Origin: Candidatus Eremiobacteria bacterium
GTDB taxonomy: Bacteria; Vulcanimicrobiota; Vulcanimicrobiia; Vulcanimicrobiales; Vulcanimicrobiaceae
DNA length: 64,000 nucleotides
Direction: 5' to 3'
Assembly: GCA_963737065.1 (NCBI GenBank)
Contig: CAVTRC010000001.1
Coordinates: 2,336,001-2,400,000 of the forward strand
The position numbers were made by a program, and so were the translations under genes. Positions 57,011-64,000 of the stretch are shown piece after piece; the stretch's first letter is position 1; each line of letters opens with the position of its first letter. The notes beneath the pieces are model-generated. The model did no database searches, was not told the origin of the DNA, and was given only the letters and a program-made list of their open reading frames with translations.

Positions 57011-58438
57011 ATTTTCAATAAGGTGCTGATCGCCAACCGCGGCGAGATCGCATTGCGAATCAATCGCGCCTGCCGCGAGTTGGGCGTGCATACCGTTGCG
57101 ATTTTTTCCGAGGCCGATCGCGAGTCGCTGCACGTTCGCATGGCAGACGAGGCGTTCTGCGTCGGGCCTGGGCCGGTACCGCGTTCGTACCTCAATATAC
57201 CGAACATTATCTCGACCGCGCTGATTACGGGCTGCGACGCGATCCATCCCGGCTACGGATTTCTGGCAGAAAACGCGCGCTTCGCGGAGATCTGCGCCGA
57301 CCATGGGCTGACCTTCATCGGCCCGACCCCGTCGGTGATTTCCGCAATGGGCGACAAAGCAACAGCGAAGCGGGTCATGAAAGAAGCCGGCGTTGCGACG
57401 ACACCGGGAACGGATATCCTCGACTCCGTCGATGAAGCGAACCGTGCAGCAGAAGCGACCGGGTATCCGGTCCTCCTCAAGGCGACCGCCGGCGGCGGCG
57501 GCAAAGGCATGCGCGTCGTCGAGAACGCAAGCGAAATGGAACGCGCGTATGCGAGCGCGACCGCGGAAGCCGAGGCGAGCTTCAAAGACGGGCGTGTCTA
57601 CATGGAAAAGCTCATCCTCAATCCGCGTCATATCGAAGTGCAAGTGCTCGGTGACGACTTCGGTAATGTCGTGAGTTTGGGCGAACGCGATTGCTCGGTG
57701 CAGAAGCCGTCGCATCAAAAGCTCATCGAAGAATCGCCGGCGCCGCATCTTTCCGAACGCACGCGGGCGTCGTTGCTCGAGATGGCGGTACGCGCGTGCA
57801 AGCACGTCGGCTACACGAATGCGGGTACGCTGGAATTTCTCGTCACCGGTGACGAGGTGTATTTCATGGAGATGAACACGCGCATTCAAGTCGAGCACCC
57901 GGTGACGGAAATGGTCTATAGCGTCGATTTGGTCAAAGAACAGATTCGCATCGCCGCGGGCGAGCCGCTCGGTTACGAACAGAAGGACCTGCAGCTGCGC
58001 GGACACGCAATCGAATGCCGCATCAACGCAGAAGATGCATCCAACGGGTTCGCACCGCAGGCCGGCACACTCTCGCGCGTCGTCTTTCCCGGAGGCCCCG
58101 GCGTGCGCGTCGATACGCACGTGTTTTCCGGAACGGCGGTTCCGCCCTATTACGACTCCATGATCGCGAAGATCGTCGCGTTCGGCGCGACGCGTGAAGC
58201 GGCAATCGCGCGCATGGAGCGCGCGCTGCGCGAAACGGTGATCGAAGGCGTCAATACGACAATCGGCATGTGTCTCGAAATCCTCGCCACGCCGCAATTC
58301 CGTGAAGGCAAATACGACATTGTATTCCTGCCGAAGTTGCTGACGCAACTTGGGAATCGCGACGGTTTAACGGGTGCTGCGCCGTTCGCTTCGCACTCCC
58401 CACGCGCGAAGCCCGCGGCGTCCCCAAGGAAACTGTAA
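57011..58438 (+). CDS. accC: Acetyl-CoA carboxylase biotin carboxylase subunit (apparent ATT start at 57011; GTG at 57023)
   Basis: [52 protein letters not shown]. Confidence 0.96.
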   Translation: MFNKVLIANRGEIALRINRACRELGVHTVAIFSEADRESLHVRMADEAFCVGPGPVPRSYLNIPNIISTALITGCDAIHPGYGFLAENARFAEICADHGLTFIGPTPSVISAMGDKATAKRVMKEAGVATTPGTDILDSVDEANRAAEATGYPVLLKATAGGGGKGMRVVENASEMERAYASATAEAEASFKDGRVYMEKLILNPRHIEVQVLGDDFGNVVSLGERDCSVQKPSHQKLIEESPAPHLSERTRASLLEMAVRACKHVGYTNAGTLEFLVTGDEVYFMEMNTRIQVEHPVTEMVYSVDLVKEQIRIAAGEPLGYEQKDLQLRGHAIECRINAEDASNGFAPQAGTLSRVVFPGGPGVRVDTHVFSGTAVPPYYDSMIAKIVAFGATREAAIARMERALRETVIEGVNTTIGMCLEILATPQFREGKYDIVFLPKLLTQLGNRDGLTGAAPFASHSPRAKPAASPRKL

Positions 58439-58440
58439 CG

Positions 58441-58848
58441 ATGGCTTCGCGTCGGCACGGACGAGAACAAGCGTTACAAGCGCTCTACTCGATCCACGTC
58501 GGTCATCGTGAACCGGGCGATGCATTGACCGAGGTCGTCGGCGAGCGCGCCGACACGGCACATCGTACGTTCGTGCGGGATCTCGTGCTGGGCACACTTG
58601 ATTATGCTCCCGAAGCGGATAAGACGTTTCAGCCACTGCTCGAGGGCTGGACGGTCGAACGTTTGCCGACGATCGACCGTTTACTCTTAGAAATGGGCAC
58701 GTTCGAGCTTCGTTGCCGCCGCGACACGCCGCAGGCCGTCGTGATCAACGAGGCAGTAGAGCTTGCAAAAAAGTTCTCCACCGAAGAATCAAACCGATTC
58801 GTCAACGGCGTTTTGAATGCAGTCGCGAAACAAACGACCAACTCGTAA
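58441..58848 (+). CDS. nusB: Transcription antitermination factor NusB
   Basis: RRHGREQALQALY, INEAVELAKKF, FVNGVL. Confidence 0.95.
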   Translation: MASRRHGREQALQALYSIHVGHREPGDALTEVVGERADTAHRTFVRDLVLGTLDYAPEADKTFQPLLEGWTVERLPTIDRLLLEMGTFELRCRRDTPQAVVINEAVELAKKFSTEESNRFVNGVLNAVAKQTTNS

Positions 58849-58864
58849 AGCAAAGCGCGGTGGA

Positions 58865-60976
58865 ATGCCTCGCTGGGTGCGCGGCGTCCTCGTCGCGCTG
58901 CTGCTCTTGATTCTTTTTGCGGCCGGTACGATCGCCGGCATGGTTGCGGCATACTCGCGCAATCTTCCCGACATCAGCCGCATGGCGGATTATCAGCCGG
59001 CGAGTTCTACGCGGATCTTTGCTCGCGACGGCACGCCGCTCGCATCCGTTTACAAAGAAAATCGGGTATGGGTTCCGCTCTCACGCATTCCGTTGGTCGT
59101 GCAGCAAGCGGTTATCGCCAACGAGGATCACAACTTTTATTCGCACCACGGCGTAGACTTCGGCGGCATCATCCGCGCCGGTTTTGCCGATTTGACGCAT
59201 CAGCAATTTCAAGGCGCATCGACGATCACACAACAGCTCGCGCGCAAGCTGTTCCTGAACGACCAGGTCTCGATCTCGCGTAAAATCCAAGAGGCGCTGC
59301 TCGCCATGGAGATCGAGCGATACTACACGAAAGACGAGATCCTCGAGCGCTACCTCAACATGGTCTATCTCGGCTCCGGCGCCTACGGCGTCGATGCGGC
59401 CGCGCATACCTACTTCGGCGAGCGTGTCGAGAATTTGACCCTGCCGCAAGCCGCGATGCTCGCCGGCGTGATCGCCGCGCCTTCGGATTATTCGCCGTTT
59501 GTCAATCTCGAGCTCGCGAAAGACCGTCAGTCGCACGTGCTCGACCGCATGGCGGAGAGTCAGTTCATCACGCGCGCACAGGCCGATGCGGCGCGAGTCG
59601 CTGCCGTCGGACTGACGCACCAGCGCGCGCCCGGGTTGCAAGGCTATCTCTATCCGTACTACACGACGTACGTGATCGCACGGTTGGAGAAACTGTTCGG
59701 AAAACAAGCCGTGCAAGAGGGCGGGCTTCAGGTTTACACTGCGCTCGACATTCACATGGAGCAAGTCGCGCAAGACGCCGTTGACTGGGGTATCAAGGCC
59801 GCGGAAGAAGAAGGAATCGGCGCGCATCAAGCCGCGCTCGTTGCAATTCGCCCCTCGACGGGTGAAATCGTCGCGATGGTGGGCGGCACGCATTTCTCGT
59901 TAGAGAACCAATTCAACCGCGCGTGGCAGGCGCGGCGTCAGCCGGGTTCGTCGTTCAAAGTGTACGTGTATACTGCGGCGGTCGACGCGGGCATGCCGCC
60001 GAACACGATCATCGAAGACTCGCCGATCGGCTATCCGATGGGCGACGGAACAACCTGGTATCCCCGCGACGACGACAACAGTTTCATGGGCGACATCACG
60101 TTCCGTACGGCGCTCGCGCAGTCGCGCAATGTTGCCGCCGTTCGCCTCGCCGACAAGATCGGTATCGATAAAGTGATTCAGTACGCGCATCGCATGGGCG
60201 TAACGGCTCCGCTCGAAGCGAACCTGTCACTTGCACTTGGGTCCTCCGTCGTTTCGCCGCTCGATCAAGCCAGCGGGTATTCGACGCTCGCGAATCAGGG
60301 CGTGCACATTGACCCGTCGGCCATCAGACTCGTGCGCGATTCTCTCGGCAATTCGATTCTCGACGATCAATATCCGGAAGCAACGGAAGTCGTGAGCGCC
60401 GGAACGGCGTGGCTGATGACATCGATGCTCGAGGACGTCATCAACCACGGCACGGGATACCCGAACGCCATTATCGGACGGCCGGCCGCCGGTAAGACCG
60501 GAACGACGTCGGACTTCCGCGATGCATGGTTCGTCGGATACACGCCGGATTTGGTTACCGCGGTTTGGATCGGAAACGACAACTATTCGCGCATGGTGGA
60601 GTCGTACGGCGGAAACATTCCGGCTCGCATTTGGGCGCGGTTCATGAAAGGCGCGCTCGTGAAAGTTGCAAAACACGACTTCACGTTCCCTGAAGGTGAA
60701 GTCGTGAAAGTCGCGTCGTGTTCAGGCGGCTACGAGTATTATTTGAACGGCACGCAGCCGCAGAGCGGCTGCGGTTCCGGATATGCAGCGCAAGCCGCTG
60801 ATGTGCGCACGCCGGCACCCGGCGACACGTCATTGCCGTCGCTCTCGCCGCCGCCGCAAACGCTGCCGCCCGATGTAACGCCTCCTCCGAACAGCATCGG
60901 CGACGGCACGAACTACGTTCCGCTCGGGGATTCGCCGCAACCGAACGCCACGCCGACGTCGAAACCACGCCGGTGA
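58865..60976 (+). CDS. Class A penicillin-binding protein (PBP1A)
   Basis: EDHNFYSHHG, GASTITQQ, RKIQE, GSSFK, SRN, KTG. Confidence 0.94.
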   Translation: MPRWVRGVLVALLLLILFAAGTIAGMVAAYSRNLPDISRMADYQPASSTRIFARDGTPLASVYKENRVWVPLSRIPLVVQQAVIANEDHNFYSHHGVDFGGIIRAGFADLTHQQFQGASTITQQLARKLFLNDQVSISRKIQEALLAMEIERYYTKDEILERYLNMVYLGSGAYGVDAAAHTYFGERVENLTLPQAAMLAGVIAAPSDYSPFVNLELAKDRQSHVLDRMAESQFITRAQADAARVAAVGLTHQRAPGLQGYLYPYYTTYVIARLEKLFGKQAVQEGGLQVYTALDIHMEQVAQDAVDWGIKAAEEEGIGAHQAALVAIRPSTGEIVAMVGGTHFSLENQFNRAWQARRQPGSSFKVYVYTAAVDAGMPPNTIIEDSPIGYPMGDGTTWYPRDDDNSFMGDITFRTALAQSRNVAAVRLADKIGIDKVIQYAHRMGVTAPLEANLSLALGSSVVSPLDQASGYSTLANQGVHIDPSAIRLVRDSLGNSILDDQYPEATEVVSAGTAWLMTSMLEDVINHGTGYPNAIIGRPAAGKTGTTSDFRDAWFVGYTPDLVTAVWIGNDNYSRMVESYGGNIPARIWARFMKGALVKVAKHDFTFPEGEVVKVASCSGGYEYYLNGTQPQSGCGSGYAAQAADVRTPAPGDTSLPSLSPPPQTLPPDVTPPPNSIGDGTNYVPLGDSPQPNATPTSKPRR

Positions 60977-62313
60977 ATAGCCTGCCTCCGGGAACCGTCG
61001 TTCGGACCGTCAGCGAGTTCACGAGTGGGCTCACGAAATGGTTCTTGAATCAAACGGCCTTTCGCGGTGCGGCGATCAGCGGTGAGATCTCAGGACTGAA
61101 AGAAACGAGCGGCGGCCATTTGACGTTCGCGTTGAAGGACCGCGGCGCCGTTCTGAACTGCATCCTCTGGCAAAGCCGCGTGCGGCTCGTGCCGGCGCTG
61201 AAAAACGGCATCTCGGTTGTAGCCGTCGGAAATGTCGAATTGCGCGGCGAGTATAGCTCGTATCAAATGATCGTCGATACGGTGCAATTGACCGGCATCG
61301 GCGATCTTTTCGCGAAATTCGAGGCGCTCAAAGAGCAGTTTCGCGTCGAAGGGCTGTTTGAACCGGCACGCAAGCGCCGCGTCCCGGCGTTCGTGCGCAG
61401 CGTCGCGCTGATTTCCGCGCCATCGAGTAAAGCATCGGAAGATTTCTCGCACACGATGCGCTCGAAGGCACCGTTCGTGCGCGTGTACTTCATCGCGACT
61501 CGCGTCCAGGGGCAAGGAGCCGACGTCGATATTCGCGAGGCGTTCGACCGAGCCGATCGCATGGATGTCGACGCGGTGGTGTTGACGCGCGGCGGCGGTT
61601 CGTATGAAGATCTCTTCACATTTAACGAGGAGGTCGTCGTCCGCGCGATCGTGCGCTCGCGTCACCCGGTGATCACGGCAATCGGGCATCAAGAAGATCA
61701 CCATCTTGCCGACGACGTTGCCGATGCCGTCTACGGAACACCGTCGAAAGCGGCGGACGCTATCGCGCAGGCGTGGCTCGATGTCCGCGAGCGCATCACG
61801 CGCGCCAATCGCGATCTGAATCGTGCGCTTGAAACGGCGCTTGGAACGAAGTCCCAGTCGGTGTCATGGAGAACCGGGAATCTCCACGTCGTCGCGCGCT
61901 CGCGCCTCGGCGCCGAAGAGCGGCGCTTCGTTCAGCTCGAACGCCGTCTCCACGCGCAGAATCCGGTGCAACGCCTTTCCCTGGCTCGCGAGCGGCTCAC
62001 GCGAGCGCGAGCCAACCTCGATCAGTTTCCTTCGCGTTTGACGCACCTGCAAACCGTTTGTGAGACGCGCGTGTCCCGGCTCGATCCGACGTGGCAGCGA
62101 TCGCTGCAACTGCGGACGCACCGTGTACGCATGTCGGCGACGCTGTTAGACGGTCTAGACCCGAATGCACCGCTCGCTCGCGGCTATGCAATGATCTTCC
62201 GGGACGGGCAATTGGTTCGTTCGGCAACTGACGTGGCCGCCGGTGCGAACATCGTCGCGCGTCTCGGGCGCGGAAGGCTCGAAGCTCGCGTCGAAGCAAC
62301 GCGCGATGAATAG
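60973..62313 (+). CDS. xseA: Exodeoxyribonuclease VII large subunit
   Basis: GEISG...SGGH, VQG, RGGGSYEDL, AIGH, TPSKAA, LARGY. Confidence 0.93.
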   Translation: MNSLPPGTVVRTVSEFTSGLTKWFLNQTAFRGAAISGEISGLKETSGGHLTFALKDRGAVLNCILWQSRVRLVPALKNGISVVAVGNVELRGEYSSYQMIVDTVQLTGIGDLFAKFEALKEQFRVEGLFEPARKRRVPAFVRSVALISAPSSKASEDFSHTMRSKAPFVRVYFIATRVQGQGADVDIREAFDRADRMDVDAVVLTRGGGSYEDLFTFNEEVVVRAIVRSRHPVITAIGHQEDHHLADDVADAVYGTPSKAADAIAQAWLDVRERITRANRDLNRALETALGTKSQSVSWRTGNLHVVARSRLGAEERRFVQLERRLHAQNPVQRLSLARERLTRARANLDQFPSRLTHLQTVCETRVSRLDPTWQRSLQLRTHRVRMSATLLDGLDPNAPLARGYAMIFRDGQLVRSATDVAAGANIVARLGRGRLEARVEATRDE

Positions 62314-62512
62314 CGACTCATCGAATTCGTTCGAGTCGAAGTTGGCGCGAATCGACGCGATCGTCAAGGAACTCGAGACCAATCAGGTTCCGTTGGATCG
62401 CGCGATCGAGCTGTTCAAGGAAGGTAAGACGCTCTCGCGTGAGTGTGAGAGCATGCTGAAGACCGCGCAAGAGCAAGTCGACCGCGCAATGAGCGATGGC
62501 GGAACGACTTGA
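62306..62512 (+). CDS. xseB: Exodeoxyribonuclease VII small subunit
   Basis: SFE...IVKELE...[12 protein letters not shown]...C...L..A. Confidence 0.9.
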   Translation: MNSDSSNSFESKLARIDAIVKELETNQVPLDRAIELFKEGKTLSRECESMLKTAQEQVDRAMSDGGTT

Positions 62513-63278
62513 TGAAGTCGTTGCTGCCCGAACCGGCGTAAGCCGATCGCAGGCGCGCAGCCTCATCATGGAGGGACGCGTGCGCGTCAACGGCGTGCGG
62601 GCGACGAAGGCGGGGCAAAGCGTGCGCGCCGACGTTAGGATCGACGTCGAGCGTCCGCGTCCGTTCGTGAGCCGTGGAGGTGAGAAGCTCGACCACGCGC
62701 TCGATGTATTTGCGTTCGACGTTCGCGGACTCGACGTGCTCGACGTTGGGGCCTCGACCGGTGGCTTCACCGATTGCCTGTTGCAGCGCGGCGCAGCACG
62801 CGTGACCGCGGTCGACGTCGGCTACGGACAACTCGATTGGAAGTTGCGTAACGATGCACGCGTCACCGTTGTAGAACGTACAAATTTCCGGACGCTGCCG
62901 GACAACGCGTATCCCGGCGGCTTCGACGCGATCGTCATCGATACGTCGTTTATATCGCTCCGAACGATTCTCACGCGGGCGCGAACGTTTTTGCGTCCCA
63001 ACGCGCACATCATCGCGCTCATTAAACCCCAGTTCGAAGCGGGACGGGAACGCCTCGGCCGCGGTGGCGTCGTTCGCGATCCGTCGGTTCACCGCGACGT
63101 GCTGCGCGAACTGCGCGATGCCGCGCTGGAGCTGGGGCTCTCCATCGTTGCATTGACCGCATCGCCGCTGCTTGGGCCGGCCGGGAACCGCGAGTTTCTC
63201 GGCGACTTCCGCGCCGGAGGACTTCCGGTCGACGACAAGCGGATAGATGAAGTCGTCGGCGAAGGCGGTTCGGAATGA
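62496..63278 (+). CDS. tlyA: TlyA family RNA methyltransferase
   Basis: S4 domain, [35 protein letters not shown]. Confidence 0.94.
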   Translation: MAERLDEVVAARTGVSRSQARSLIMEGRVRVNGVRATKAGQSVRADVRIDVERPRPFVSRGGEKLDHALDVFAFDVRGLDVLDVGASTGGFTDCLLQRGAARVTAVDVGYGQLDWKLRNDARVTVVERTNFRTLPDNAYPGGFDAIVIDTSFISLRTILTRARTFLRPNAHIIALIKPQFEAGRERLGRGGVVRDPSVHRDVLRELRDAALELGLSIVALTASPLLGPAGNREFLGDFRAGGLPVDDKRIDEVVGEGGSE

Positions 63279-64000
63279 AGGTCGCGCTCGAGCGCAAGCT
63301 GGTTACGCTCTACGTCGACGCCACGCGCGAGACCGCGCGTACGCTCGCGCAGTCGGTTGCTGCGTCGTTTACCGAGAGCGGATACGAGATCGCCTCATGG
63401 AAGGGCGCTCCGTCAATTCAAGAGCTAACGACGAGCAGGGCGGCACATGAAGCATCACTGTTCGTCACGATCGGCGGCGACGGCACGCTGTTGCGCGCCG
63501 CGCGCGTTGCGACGGAATGCGATTGTCCGTTGCTCGGCATCAACACCGGAAGGCTTGGCTTTTTAACGGAGCTGGACTACGCTGATCCACGCATTGCGCG
63601 GCTGCCCGGACTGATCGAAGAGGGACTCTTCATCGACGAGCGTATCGCGCTGCTTGCGGAATACGGCGGCCATTCATTCTTCGCGCTCAATGACGTGGTC
63701 GTGCGCAAAGGGGACGTTTCGCGTATCGTGCCTTTCGGACTGAGTCTCGATGGCGAACACATCGCGGACATTCCCGCCGACGGCGTGTGCATTGCCACTC
63801 CGACCGGCTCCACCGCGTACTTTCTCTCTGCCGGCGGCTCGATTATATCGCCGCGTGTCGATGCGTTCGGCATCGTACCGCTCTTGCCGCACACGCTCTT
63901 TTCGCGACCGCTCATCGTGCCCGCTTCTTCACACATTGAAATCACGTGTGATTCGGAAGTCGCGCACGCCCATCTCGAATGCGACGGCGACGTGCTCGCG
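63275..64000 (+). CDS. nadK: NAD(+) kinase (partial, runs off window)
   Basis: Manual translation from ATG 63275: [25 protein letters not shown]...[14 protein letters not shown]. Confidence 0.93.
   Translation, partial: MKVALERKLVTLYVDATRETARTLAQSVAASFTESGYEIASWKGAPSIQELTTSRAAHEASLFVTIGGDGTLLRAARVATECDCPLLGINTGRLGFLTELDYADPRIARLPGLIEEGLFIDERIALLAEYGGHSFFALNDVVVRKGDVSRIVPFGLSLDGEHIADIPADGVCIATPTGSTAYFLSAGGSIISPRVDAFGIVPLLPHTLFSRPLIVPASSHIEITCDSEVAHAHLECDGDVLA

Noticed and set aside
56639..58348. 569-aa antisense ORF (and similar long ORFs opposite rho, ftsH and the aminotransferase)
   Set aside because: Typical stop-poor reverse frames of high-GC coding genes; no motifs.

Overview
High-GC bacterial chromosome segment, mostly housekeeping genes. 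They include kynU-kynA, serS/moeA, smpB-tilS-hpt-ftsH, rsmA, rho, a DAHP synthase, an ExbB/ExbD/TonB cluster, uppP, and a long moaC-mog-folC-folP-folB-folK-accB-like-accC-nusB-PBP1A-xseAB-tlyA-nadK run. A small accessory stretch holds arsR-arsI and a decayed integrative element at tRNA-Ser. Gram-positive-type gene order and LexA box together with TonB/ExbBD suggest a diderm Terrabacterium, possibly Eremiobacterota/Vulcanimicrobiota-like (inference only). Most notable: (1) an unannotated Tyr-Tyr-Tyr leader-peptide attenuator (promoter, leader ORF, competing hairpins, terminator) in front of a lone heme-oxygenase-like diiron enzyme; (2) an accB-position BCCP homolog lacking the biotinylated lysine, followed by accC with an apparent ATT start; (3) a LexA-boxed, apparently leaderless, catalytically dead RNase HI-like gene next to a 3-methyladenine glycosylase; (4) several other pseudoenzymes; (5) a frameshift in rho; (6) an island remnant that duplicates the 5' half of tRNA-Ser. 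All functional calls come from motif recognition by eye; no database searches were run.
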